Origin: Octopus vulgaris
Taxonomy: Eukaryota
Direction of reading: 5' to 3'
Length of the DNA: 64,000 nucleotides
NCBI GenBank assembly: GCA_951406725.2
Contig: OX597815.1
Coordinates: 44,330,001 to 44,394,000 of the forward strand
Shown here piece after piece: positions 1 to 12,049 of the stretch (position 1 is the first letter of the stretch; every line of letters begins with the position of its first letter). The notes beneath the pieces are model-generated. The model worked only from the letters and a program-made list of their open reading frames with translations. It was not told where the DNA came from and ran no database searches. Both the position numbers and the translations under genes were made by a program.

Positions 1-440
1 TGCCTTTACAGTTATCCGATTTCCCCAACCTCACCAGGAGGTCATATACAGATCTGCGGAAGAAGCTAACACCAAGAGGATTTATGAGCCATATGTCATT
101 CCAGCAGAGACTTCTCTGGATTGCACTCTCCGACGTAGTCCATTATCTCTGTTGGCCATGTTGGACTAATTTCTGGATTCTTTTGGCATCCTCTCCTCCC
201 TTCACTGCCTGGATTACCACGCCCTACTTTTACATCTCTTTTGCTTGCCTAAACCCTATCTTTGGTCTAAATATGTTTCATTGAACTCGAGGCTCATTTT
301 TGCTGCATTCACCATCTCCTGAAGCTTCCATTTTCTGCTAGTTCTCAACTTGCTTTAGATTTTTCTTACGATCTTATCTATGGAATCTTCGAGTATACAC
401 AAGAGTCTTCTTTTCCAACCTTGAATTTTAGCAGATTATA
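1..440 (-). mobile_element. Degenerate fragment of an RLE-type non-LTR retrotransposon (Hero/NeSL-like), region between RT and zinc knuckle; runs off the window edge
   Basis: Minus-strand translation LVQHGQQR*WTTSESAIQRSLCWNDIWLINPLGVSFFRRSVYDLL and upstream LRTSRKWK..GLG resemble the QQGQWTxWE..RSLxWNDIW..SFLIRSVYDLLP block I recall for this clade; stops and frameshifts present. Confidence 0.7.
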
Positions 441-1533
441 TCTACAGCCCAATAATTAAACACGAATTGAAATTTACCAAAAGTATCAGCATCATGGGAC
501 AGGCAAACTGGCACAAGGCGTGAATTTTGCCAAAAACATAAGTGCTATAAAGCAAATAAAATAACACCGGGATTTTGCTGACAGCCTTAATTTTATGTCG
601 GTCGTTTAGTCTTTTGTTTTACGATTATTTTTATTATTATTATTATATGGGGCAATGTATCGTAATTTTAATATTCAGCCATTGTAGTTAAATATTGTGA
701 AAGTGGTTTATTTAATTTTTTTTTTTTACTTCTTTGCAAAATTATTTTTATTATATTACATTTATTATTGGTTTATTTGAGTCACGATTTTCTCTAGTGG
801 CATCTGTAAGCCCTTTCAGGAGTTATCAGATTGGTAATTCAGAATTGATGTTTCAGCTTGATATGGTTGATGTTCAGGTCGGTGGTTTTAAAGAGAGACC
901 TTGGGACAAAGCGAAAAAAGAAGGAAGGGGACTGAACAAAGAAAGAAATAAAGTAAGAGTGTGTGATAAATGGGAGATTATAGGAAGAGAGAAAGAGAGA
1001 AGAAGAAAATGAGAGAGAGAGAGAGAGAGGGGGGGAAGAGAAACAGAGAAAGAAAGAGAGTGAGATATTGGCTATTTTGGAGAAGAGACACAGTGCTATG
1101 TTTCCTCAGTCAAAAGTTTGGGAAGAGGGTCACAGTCAGGGTTGACATGTGATTTTTATTCTGTTTGCAATCTTTGAAAATAAATATTTTCTTTTCTTAT
1201 CTAAGCTGATAGCGATATAGGTTGCAATCACCATGTAAATTCACCATGGAAACGGGGGAGAAAAGCAGAAACGAACAGCTGACTTCTTATATAAACGTCT
1301 CACACGTTTGATGTTTTTCAGCGACACAAACAAGAGTAATATGATTATAGTAAATTCAAAAATGCTAATTCATTGTTTGAAAGCCGATAAGAACCTTGTT
1401 TAAATTGGCATTGCTACGAAATATTAATTTTTTTTTTATACAGGCACGAAACTTCACATGAGGAAATAATATGAGGTGTTCATGCCTTTCTCATTAGTGA
1501 TATCTAATGTAATTAGATATCACTTTCTGTAAT

Positions 1534-1975
1534 AGGTACAGGTATAGTAGTTTCAACTACATGGTTTTGTGTTCAGTCACTGCCTGGCACCTTGGACAAA
1601 CGTCTTCTGTAACGGCCTCGGGCCTTGTGTGAATGGATTTGGTACATGCACACTGAAAGAATCCCATCATATATATATATATACACACACGCGTGTATTT
1701 ATATCTGACATAAATACGCAAGTGTGTGTGTGTGTTTGTACCTTTTCTTACTGACATCGTGTGGTAGTTGTAAAGGCAGGCGGTATCATTTGTGTCCAAT
1801 CTTGAATGAACACATGTTTGGTCATAAGGAAATATTACCCTGCCGGGAAACAAGTACCAGTTGGTAACAAGAAGGCCTTTCATTCATAGAAATTGTAGTA
1901 ATACTGTTTAACCATTGTAAGCATGATGGACAAGTGGTTGTTAAAGCGGTGATACTACTGATGATTACGATAATG
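1534..1975 (+). mobile_element. Old SINE: family-A (CORE-like) head joined to a (GAT)n-ending tail
   Basis: ggcaccttggacaa..cctcgggccttgtgtgaatggatttggta matches the family-A head; 3' part agcatgatggacaagtggttgttaaag..gatgat resembles the tail at 25640-25790. Confidence 0.55.
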
Positions 1976-2687
1976 AATCAGCTTGTATGGCTTTTGAAAT
2001 CACTCGACTTACAAGAAACAACAGGCAAATTTCATTTAAATTATGTCTTAAAAAAAAGAAACGAAGAGCACATTACAGAATATATATTTGATGGCATTGT
2101 TTTCTAAAGAAAGACAGGATGGACACGGCCAGAAATCATAGATCTACTTCATAAGGGGCTAAAATACATGCTTTGAAGTATATAATTTGTTCCTCAAGAC
2201 ACTGCTGTTTCGTGTCGTAGGCGAACACACTTGGAATCTAACTGAAAAATAAGATTCTACCCCGTTCTTTGTATGCACTTCACAAGGTACGTTCCACCTG
2301 ATAAGTCCTACAGGGTTTAAAATTAATGGGACAGAAGTAATTTCCAATTCCGAAGCAGCACATAAACACTACATAACTATGACGGAAGGGAAAGTTTAGC
2401 AAACATTTTGTATTCATGTAATTCTAATGAATATAGAAAAATGTTTATGCATTCTTATGCATATAGAAAAAGAACACATCAAGCAATTGAAAGAAAAGGC
2501 TTCAGACTGCATTAAAAAGAAAACAATCGAAAGTAGAAAATGGAAGTGTAAGTTGTGATACATGAATAGCAAAGAAAGAGATAGTCATCAAAAGACACAA
2601 TATAATGAAAACCTTTATTTCAACACAAAATCAGAGATACTGGAGAAATATCAATACCTTAAAAAGTATGCGTAACTCAGAAAATCA

Positions 2688-2798
<111 letters not shown>

Positions 2799-2800
2799 TA

Positions 2801-2861
<61 letters not shown>

Positions 2862-2910
2862 CACATAAATGTATGTATATATGTATATAGTGAAAGAAAA
2901 ATGGAGAGAG

Positions 2911-2954
<44 letters not shown>

Positions 2955-3329
2955 TACAATTTATTTGTATACTGTTGAACAAACGTTTAGCGAACCTCTA
3001 TGTGATCTTTCGACTCGCTAGAAATTACAACCAAATCTCTCGTGTCACACTATTACTGTATTTTAAGATATAATAATGACACACACATTTGATAACATAG
3101 CCCTCCAGAAATTATATCAGAAGAAATGGTCTCGCCGAAAATGTCTAAGTAGGCTAGTCTGCATTATCAGAGCCGAAATTTAGGCTAGATAAAAGCAACT
3201 TGGCTAAAGAGAAACAATGTGCAGTATAGAAAAGAAAACAGACAAGATAAAAAAAAACAAAAAAAAACTGGACGGCCAGTGACATAAGCTTCAACAATAA
3301 CAACTATGTCATCAACAACAAGAATATCA

Positions 3330-3533
3330 AATTGTGGCACAAGACCAGAAATTTTGTGGAGGTGGGGTAAGCCGATTACATCGACCCAAATGTTCAACTG
3401 GTTCTTATTTTATCGTCTACAAAAATATGAAAGACAAACTTGACCTGGTCGGAATTTGATCTCAGAATGTAAAAACGAACGAAATGCCGCTAAGTATTTT
3501 GCCGAGCATGCTAACAATTCTAACAGCTCGCCA
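3330..3533 (-). mobile_element. SINE family B (Nin/Deu-like core), diverged monomer
   Basis: Reverse complement of ggcgagctg..ttagc..ttctgag..aaattccg..cgataaaataag..cagttg..ttgtgccac. Confidence 0.75.
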
Positions 3534-3744
3534 TCAATAATATATCAACGATATTATCGACGACTATACAGGGTGATTCTATACAGAGTTGCCATACATA
3601 AGGACAATTTTTTTTTTATAAGAAACAGTTTTTTTTTTTTGTTCAACTGTTTCTTATAAAAAAAATAATTTTTTTCCTATGTATGATGACTTTTGAATCA
3701 CCCTGTAGAATCCAAGCACAGTCAAGGTCGACACAGTCACTCTT

Positions 3745-4463
3745 ATTTTCGTCATTTACTTATTTTAGTCATTGAATTGCGACCATGGTGGGACACTGCC
3801 TTGAATGGTTTCTTGCTGTTTTCCTTATTTTTATTTAAGTATGGTACTAACGCTTATTGTGGAGGCGCAATGGCCTAGTGGTTAGGACAGCGGACTCGCG
3901 GTCGCAGGATCGCGGTTTCGATTCCCAGACCGGGCGTTGTGAGTGTTTATTGAGCGAAAACACCTAAACGCCCCACGAGGCTCCGGCAGGGGGTGGTGAT
4001 CCCTGCTGTACTCTTTCACCACTCTTTCTCTCACTCTTTCTTCTGTTGGCCTGCTCGCTTAGCCAGCGAGGTGGCGTCATTCGAAGGCTAAAACAATGCG
4101 AACGCATTGTGACCAGCGATGTGTAACAACATCTGATGGTCTGGTCGGTTACATAAGTGACGTCACGTCACTAACGCTTATTAGTCCCTTTTGGTGAACT
4201 GGAAGGTTATGGGTATGTAAACATATAAACACTGAGTGGGAAGCGAGGTTGAGGACAAACACCCACAGCACAAATACACACACACGCGCGCACACACACA
4301 AATATACGACAGCTATTCTACACAGTTTCCGTAAACCAGATTCACTCGCATGGCTTGGTCAGCCGGGGCTATGGCAGAAGACACTTCTCCAAGGTACCGC
4401 ACAGTGGGGATGAACAAGAAACCACGTGATTGCAAAGCGAGCTTATTCACACAGCCGTGCCTT
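3745..4463 (-). mobile_element. Diverged family-A SINE split by a younger SINE insertion
   Basis: Tail at 3745-3858 and head at 4183-4463 are colinear with the family-A consensus on the minus strand. Confidence 0.65.
3859..4169 (+). mobile_element. tRNA-derived SINE family C, full length, with 13-bp TSD
   Basis: A box TGGCCTAGTGG, B box GGTTTCGATTCCC; TSD ACTAACGCTTATT at 3846-3858 and 4170-4182. Confidence 0.9.
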
Positions 4464-4630
4464 CGTATCACATGCATGTTCGTATCACATGCAAAAAGAT
4501 CAACAAATATGGCGGATGTTATTCTCGGTGTATTGTGATCTGTGTCTGGGAAAGGGAAAAATTGCTTACGAATAGAACGTCTTTTATTATAAAGTTTGAT
4601 CGATAATACCATTGCATCTGTGATATATTA

Positions 4631-5430
4631 CATTGATCTACAAAGTTTATGGTGTTTAGGAAATATATATCATTCCTATACAAAATCGGTCTCCCGAATC
4701 CAAATATAACCTTCTTTTTGACCTATCAGATCTAGTTTTTAAGTTATTGAAATCCCTATAGTTACTATGTATGTGTGTACGTCCAGTACGCAGTGTTCGT
4801 TACTTTATTCAAAGTTTTTTTTTTTTTTCCATACTTTAGAAAGTGAGCTTGATGTTTTCTTCAAGAAAGCGTTGCGTTAATTCTCCAAATGTGTTTTGTT
4901 ATATTTGTATAGAATGCACATTGCATGAAAATCGAAAAAACATTACTGAATTTGTTGAAAGAGCGTATATGGCATATTTTGGGGTCAATCTGAGAGACCA
5001 AGATAAATATTGGACACCGCATATTGTCTGCAAACAATGTACAAAACATTTGCGATAATAGACTAAAGAGACAAAGAAAAGTATGAAGTTTGCTATACCA
5101 ATGGTATGGCCGGACTCCTATAACCACGTGGACGACTGGTATTTTTGTAATCGAAATTTGAAGAGTATTAACCAGAAAAATCGACAAACATACAGTAGAA
5201 AGCTTTCGGTTCCTGTCTTCAATGTCTTACCTCAGATAATTTTACCCTCAACCAAAGAAGATTCATCACCTGAAAATGACACTAAAGATCAATAAAATAC
5301 TTACTCTATCAGGTTTAGTCAGAAAGCTAGGCCTGATAGAGAAAAAATAAAGGTGGTTTTGTCAAAATCACTTAGGAATTTGTTGAAATATTCCAGACAC
5401 TAGATACAAAAATGTTTTTGTTGCCCAGCC
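4631..5430 (+). mobile_element. Chapaev3-like (CMC) DNA transposon deletion derivative with pseudogenised N-terminal zinc-finger region
   Basis: ORFs 4843-5058 and 5083-5295: FCYICxE..AYMAYFGV..DQDKYWTPHIVCKQC..PMVW..NHVDDWYFC (Chapa-type C/H pattern); degenerate TIRs cattgatctacaaa / tttgttgcccag; catalytic region absent. Confidence 0.7.
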
Positions 5431-5455
5431 TTATTAATGAAGCAAAATTACATTG

Positions 5456-5673
5456 TGGCGAGCTGTTAGAATCCTTACCATGCCGGGAAAAATAATGCTT
5501 AGCTGCATTATGTCCGTCTTTACGTTCTGAGTTCAAATTCCGTCCAGATCGACTTGCCTTTTCTTCTTTCGGGGTCGATAAAAAGAAATACCAATCAAGT
5601 ACTGGGGTGAACGTAATCGACTAGCCCCCTTCTCCAAAATTTCAGACCTTGTACCTATAATAGTAAAAATTAT
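5456..5673 (+). mobile_element. SINE family B monomer
   Basis: ggcgagctg..acgttctgagttcaaattcc..tttcggggtcgataaaa..actgggg..ccttgtacctata. Confidence 0.8.
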
Positions 5674-6174
5674 TTACCTAACAGAAAGGATTGTACATCT
5701 CTTACTATGAAGGCACGTGGCCTAGTGGTTAGAGTACTGCACAAATGATTGCAGGAGTTTGGTTTCGATTCTCGGACCGGGCTATGCTTTGTGTATTTGA
5801 GCACAGAACATAATTTCACGTCACAGAAAGACTACGATAGACCGTTCATGGGCACTTACATGTTATTTCATTCACTCACATGTTATGGAAACTGAGTAAA
5901 TATACTGGGCCTTATGAGTCCCAGGACTCGAGGCAGAACTTATTTTCATCTTTTACTGTGAATAGACAGGCAATTTGAAGGGTTAATTTAAACAGGATGA
6001 TATTTAATATGTACCAAAGACAATGTGTGTATTTAAGACAGAGTTGGGGACGGAGAGAGGAGAAGGAAGGTGTAAGTGACGTAGTGAACAAGTGTTAGAG
6101 AGATATTATCAATTCAAGTCACATACAATATATCAGTACTGTAAAATAAAAGCATAAAACAAAACGTATATATA

Positions 6175-7093
6175 TTGGGTCACCCATAAATAATGCGGTT
6201 TTTCAATTGCATGAACTAAAAAGCCGGAGGGGGACGGGATAAACTACCTACATCAACTTGCTATGAAAACAGGTAGTAATTTTACCTTGTCCTTACTCTT
6301 AGTGCAACTTTAAAAGAGTGCAGTTCGATTTTAACAATGCAGTTCGATTTTTAACAGTTTATATAATGGAAGTGACAAAGGAGCATATTCGGCATATTTT
6401 GCTTTATGAGTTCAATAAAAGCAACACTGCAACGGAAAGCGCGAGGAATATTAATGCAATATATGGGGATCGGACAATAAGCGTAAGCTAGTGTCAGCAG
6501 TGGTTCAAGAAAATTCAGGTTGGAAACTACAGCGTAGAAGATGAACCTCGTCCTGGAAGATCTATGGAGCTCAACGAAGACGTTCTGCAAACTCTGGTGG
6601 AACAAAATCCCGCCGTAACTGTTGAGGAACTAACAGAGAAGCTTGGATTTGGTGATTCAACCAGTCATTCAAGAAGAAAACGACCATCATTGGTTTCAAG
6701 ATGAAAGGTATTCTTCCATCAGGATAATGTTCGGTGACATACAGCGAAGATGATATTCCAAAGGCTGGATCAGTTTGAATGGGAAACGATGCTCCACCCA
6801 CCATGTTCACTGGACATTGTCCCATCTGACTATCATTTATTCTGCAGCCTTCAAAATCATTTGCACGGAAGAAATATGAATTCTGTACACGACGTCAGAA
6901 CAGCACTGGAGAAGTATTTTTCATCACGGACAAGTGAATTTTGGAAGTGGAGCATTGCAAGTCTACCAGAGAGATGGAAGAGCATTGTAGAAAATGAAGG
7001 AGAGTATATTTTAGATTAAAAAAGAACTTTGTTTATCTCAATTTTGAAAATAAAAGAAGCATAAAAAACCGCAATATTTATGGGAGGATCCAA
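6175..7093 (+). mobile_element. Mariner (Tc1/mariner DD34D-type) element, internally deleted
   Basis: TIRs ttgggtcacccataaataatgcggttttt / aaaaaccgcaatatttatgggaggatccaa in TA context; 919 bp. Confidence 0.92.
6366..7019 (+). pseudogene. Mariner transposase pseudogene (HTH domain fused in frame to C-terminal part of the catalytic domain)
   Basis: MEVTKEHIRHILLYEF..EDEPRPGRS..FHQDN..HPPCSLDIVPSDYHLF..LPERW; 3 in-frame stops, no frameshift; WVPHEL-like and TGDEKW-like motifs missing. Confidence 0.9.
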
Positions 7094-7145
7094 CATATAT
7101 GTGTGTGTGTGTGTCTTCATATATATATATATATATATATATATA

Positions 7146-7184
<39 letters not shown>

Positions 7185-7296
7185 ACATATATATATATAT
7201 GTATATATGTACACAAACACACACACACATACATACATACATACATACATACATACATACATGTGTGTGTGTGTGTGTGTGTATTTATCCGTCGTG

Positions 7297-7662
7297 ACAC
7301 TCCGTCGGTTACGACGACGAGGGTTCCAGTTGATCCGATCAACGGAACAGCCTGCTCGTGAAATTAACGTGCAAGTGGCTGAGCGCTCCACAGACACGTG
7401 TACCCTTAACGTAGTTCTCGGGGAGATTCAGCGTGACACAGAGTGTGATAAGGCTGGCCTTTTGAAATACAGGTACAACAGAAACAGGAAGAAAGAGTGA
7501 GAGAAAGTTGCGGTGAAAGAGTACAACAGGGTTCGCCTCCATCCCCTGCCGGAGCCTCGTGGAACTTTAGATGTTTTCGCTCAATAAACACTCACTGGGA
7601 ATTGAAATCGCGATCCTACGACCGCGAATCCACTGCCCTAACCACAAGGCCATCGCGCCTCC
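7297..7662 (-). mobile_element. SINE: family-C tRNA head with alternative 3' module ending gtaaccgacggagtg
   Basis: Reverse complement starts ggaggcgcgatggccttgtggttagggcagtggattcgcggtcgtaggatcgcg, the same head as 3859. Confidence 0.85.
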
Positions 7663-7716
7663 ACACACACACACACGCACACATACACAAACACACACAC
7701 ACAGACACATATGTAT

Positions 7717-8743
7717 CAGAAGCGACTCCAAGTCATCAGCGTTACTCGTGCTCATTACAGATTTCACATAAGATACATGCCTACTTGAAGAATTTCACGT
7801 TTTCCCGCTTTATTTCTAGCACCAAATGGCTTATTTTTTTATATCTAGCACTATGTCTTACTACATTTCTAAGTTAAGGGTAAAAATAAAGCAACTCTGC
7901 AAAATACAATTGATCTTTACACAGACGCACATAATAACAAAAATCGAAAAACCGACAGCTGAGTGCACAGCAAACATCAACTATCTGACTGTCGCCTGTA
8001 CTCTTGACAAGAGATGCCAGTTAGTCTTTTACACCTACCAGGTTCGTTCGTATTAGCCCGAGTTGCTGGATAATTTTCCGTTCCTTTAAGAATATTGTAG
8101 AACGGAAACATTTGCATAGATTGGAATTTAAATCCTAATCTTTATATAAATTTATTGTTTCAAGAAAACATTGAATTCGAATTACGTTTTAATCTTTACG
8201 ATCATAGATAACAATTCGGGTTATAACCTCTGAGCCCCAGTCAGGGGCGTGTGAACGATGTCGAGAGAACGTCTACTAGACATGATATTTTTTTATACAG
8301 GGCCCCTTCTAAGACGACCACTAGACGTTGAACGAAAATAAATGAACCGTGACCAGGCTCAATAAAAGGAGCCCGAGTTATTGGCTACAGGGCGTTGGCA
8401 GACTCGTTAGCGCGCCGGGCGAAATGCTTAGCGGTATTTCGTCTGTCGTTACGTTCTGAGTTCAAATTCCGCCGAGGTCGACTTTACCTTTCATCCTTTC
8501 GGGGTCGATAAATAAAAGTACCAGTTTCGCACTAGGGTCGATGTAATCGACTTAATCCCTTTGTCTGTCCTTGTTTGTCCCCTCTATGTTTAGCCCCTCG
8601 TGGGCAATAAAGAAATATACATATTTGAAGTCAGTGTTGGCTGAAATTAAATCAACTAGCAAATATACACGTTCACTTTAATAAATTTATATTTAGACTA
8701 AGCCCGAAAAGCCCGAAAAGCCCGAGTGCCGGAGTCGCCACTA
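7717..8743. mobile_element. Non-autonomous hAT element with perfect 8-bp TSD
   Basis: TSD ATATGTAT at 7709-7716 and 8744-8751; TIRs cagaagcgactcc / ggagtcgccacta; subterminal AGCCCGA repeats; carries a nested family-B SINE. Confidence 0.85.
8391..8617 (+). mobile_element. SINE family B nested in the hAT element
   Basis: Near-consensus head, core and linker ending aaagaaata. Confidence 0.85.
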
Positions 8744-8863
8744 ATATGTATGAAAACTTTACATACACACACACACACACTCCCACACATATATATATCC
8801 ACACACACAATCACACACACATACATATACATGCACACACACATATATACATATATATATATA

Positions 8864-9177
8864 GGCGTAGGACTGGTTGTGTGGTGAGTAGCTTGCTTAC
8901 AACCACGTGTTCCGGGTTCAGTCCCACTGCGTGGTACCTTGGGAAAGTGTCTTCTACTATAGCATCGGACCCACCAAAGCCTTGTGAGTGGATTTAGTAG
9001 ATGGAAACTGAAAGAAGACCGTCTACGTCCCCGTAACTTAGCGGTTCGGCAAAAGACACCGATAGAATAAGTACTAGGCTTACAAAGAATAAGTCCTTGG
9101 ATCGATTTGCTCGACTAAAAGCGGTACTCCAGCATGGCCACAGTCAAATGGCTGAAACAAATAAGAGAATAAAAGAA
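8864..9177 (+). mobile_element. SINE family A lacking the internal microsatellite segment
   Basis: Head joins directly gaagaccgtc|tacgtccccgtaac; tail ccagcatggccacagtcaaatggctgaaac. Confidence 0.88.
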
Positions 9178-9180
9178 TAT

Positions 9181-9213
<33 letters not shown>

Positions 9214-9291
9214 AATATATACACACACACATATATATATATAAATATATACAAATATATATATATATATGTATATATACATACATATGTA

Positions 9292-9325
<34 letters not shown>

Positions 9326-9364
9326 TATAGATATATATAAATATATATATATGTGTATATATAT

Positions 9365-9429
<65 letters not shown>

Positions 9430-9480
9430 ATATACACACATACACATATATGTATATGAATATATATACATATATATAAT

Positions 9481-9897
9481 AGGTGCAGGAGTGGCTGTGT
9501 GGTAAGTAGCTTCCTTACCAACCAAATGGTTCCCGGTTCAGTCCCACTGCGTGGCACCTTGGGCAAGTGTCTTCTACTATAGCCTCGGGCCGACCAAAGC
9601 CTTGTGAGTGGATTTGGTAGACGGAAACTGAAAGAAGCCCGTCGTCTACATGTATATATATGTGCGTGTGTGTGTTTGTGTGTCTGTGTTTGTCCCCCCC
9701 CCCCAACATCGATTGACAACCGAAGTTGGTGTGTTTACGTCCCCGTAACTTAGCGGTTCGGCAAAACAGACCGATAGAATAAGTACTAGGCTTACAAAGA
9801 ATAAGTCCTGGGGGGCGATTTCCTCGACTAAAGGCGCCGCTCCAGCATGGCCACAGTCAAATGACTGAAACAAGTAAAAGAGTAAAAGAGTAAAGAG
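9481..9897 (+). mobile_element. SINE family A, full length (tRNA head, CORE-like ccttgggcaagt, internal (TA)n(TG)n, LINE-like tail, (GTAAAAGA)n end)
   Basis: A-box-like TGGCTGTGTGG, B-box-like GGTTCAGTCCC; about 25 full or partial copies in the window. Confidence 0.92.
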
Positions 9898-10228
9898 TCA
9901 AGGATAAAATTTTTCTGAAATATAATATCAGTGGCCAGCATATAAAGATAGACCTAATAAGGTGAAATCATATTTATAATTATAATTAAGGACATAGAAA
10001 AGCTCTAGCCTATATGCTAAAAATAGACACTAAATACTCCATGCCTTCAATTACAATTATACATATATATATGTAGGTACAGGAGTGGCTGTGTGCACTG
10101 CGTGGGACTTTGGGCAAGTGTATTTTAGTATAGCCTCAGGCCGACCAAAGTTATGGGGACGTTATCACACTAACATCAGTTGTCAAGCGATGGTCGTGGG
10201 ACACTGACACAAATACACACACACACAC

Positions 10229-10264
<36 letters not shown>

Positions 10265-10358
10265 ACCACATACACACATACATGCATACACGCTCTACTT
10301 TAAAATTTCAAGCATTGTGCCTCTAAGCAGAAAATAAGATAGATACATACATACATAG

Positions 10359-10389
<31 letters not shown>

Positions 10390-11246
10390 GAAGCTCGTCG
10401 TTTGTGTGTGTGTTTGTGTAACTGTGTTTGTTTCCCCACCATCGCTTGGCAACGGATGCTGTGTTCACGTCCCCGTAACTTAGCGGTTCGGCAAAAGAAT
10501 AAGTACTAGGCTTACAAAGAATAAGTCCTGGGGTCGATTTGTTCGACTAAAGGAGGTGCTCCAGTATGGCCGCAGTCAAATGACTGATACATATAAAAGA
10601 ATAAAAGAATATATATTATATACGTATTATATAATATATTTAAAATTTGGCTATGGGTTCGTATATGAAAATATATAGAATATATATATATTCAATGTAT
10701 TCTAAATATAGAAAGGATTTATTTGTGTGTGATGTAACTATTTGTATGTCTGTCCGAATTCCAGTGCAGTCTGTCTGTGTGTGGATTTGCGTTGGTTAAC
10801 ATTCCTTTGGTACATGATCATACAAATGATGCGAAAGGCGAACATAACTTGATGAAGACAGACATATGGGAGTGTATGAGTTGTTACACTGATTTTGAAT
10901 AAAAGTGGGCGTTGATAGATAAAAGAGAGGTGGTTTGGCGCGAATTTACAAGTGCCGGCAAAACTTCTTTCTCATGCGTGTTTTTAACCACGCTGGTTTT
11001 TTGGAATGAAAATAAAATGGGGAAAACCAAAAAAGTAGAAAAACCCAGATGACGCTTTTATTACGTAACTGATTAGTCACACATGTTTTGTATTACATAT
11101 TACTCATTTAAGATTATACACTTATTATTATATGTATATATACACACATGTGTATATGAATATATATACATATACATAAAAGTCAAGGATAAAATTTTTC
11201 TAAAATGTAATCAGTGGCCAGTATATAAACATAGACCTATTTTTAG

Positions 11247-11560
11247 GAGCACTCCGTCGGTTACGACGAAGAGGGTCCCAGCTGATATGATCAACGGAAC
11301 AGCTTGCTAGTGAAATTAACGTGCAAGTAGTAGCTGGACAATCCACAGATACGTGAACCCCTAACATAGGTCTCAGCGAGATTCAGCGTGACAGAGTGTG
11401 GCAACATTGGCCCTTTGAAATACGGGTACAACTCATTTTTGCCAGCTGAGTGGACTGGAGCAACGTGAAATAAAGTCTCTTGCTCAAGGACACAACGCGT
11501 CGCCGGCAGTTGAACTCACAATCGTGAGTAGAATGCCCTAACCATTAAGCCACGCGCATT
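11247..11560 (-). mobile_element. SINE: head type D plus the same 3' module as 7297
   Basis: Reverse complement gcgcgtggcttaatggttaggg..ttgtgtccttgagcaag..cagctggcaaaaatgagttgtac, then the module shared with 7297 and 23863. Confidence 0.8.
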
Positions 11561-11667
11561 CACACAAATAATATGTAATAAAATACATATATATCTTGCA
11601 CTGATTGTAATCTCGGTTAATCTCTAGTTTATAGAAAATTGTCGACAGAAATTCTCGAATAGAATAG

Positions 11668-12043
11668 ATGTAGCTCATGTGGTAAGAAGTTTGCTTCCAA
11701 GCCACGTGGTCCCGAGTTCAGTCTCACTGCGTGGCACTTTGAGCAAATGTCTTCTACTATAGTCCTGGGACTGACCAAAGCCTTGTGAGTCGACTTGGTA
11801 TATGGAAACTGAAAGAAGCCCGTCGTAAATATGTGTGTGTGTGTCTTTGTGTCTGCCCCCACCCCACCGCTTGACAATCGCTGTTTATGTCCCCCGTAAC
11901 CTAGCGGTTCGGCAAAAGGCACTGACAAAATAAGCACCAAGCTTTATAAAAAATGTCCCGAGTTCCACTAAAAATTCCTCGAGGCGGTTCCCAGCATGGC
12001 CGTAGTCTAATGACAGAAACAAGTCAAAGATGAAAGATAAAAG
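11668..12043 (+). mobile_element. SINE family A, diverged
   Basis: Colinear with the 9481 copy. Confidence 0.85.
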
Positions 12044-12049
12044 GTAAAT

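Noticed and set aside
3861-3935. tRNA gene-like sequence
   Set aside because: Continues into a SINE body bounded by a 13-bp TSD; it is a SINE head
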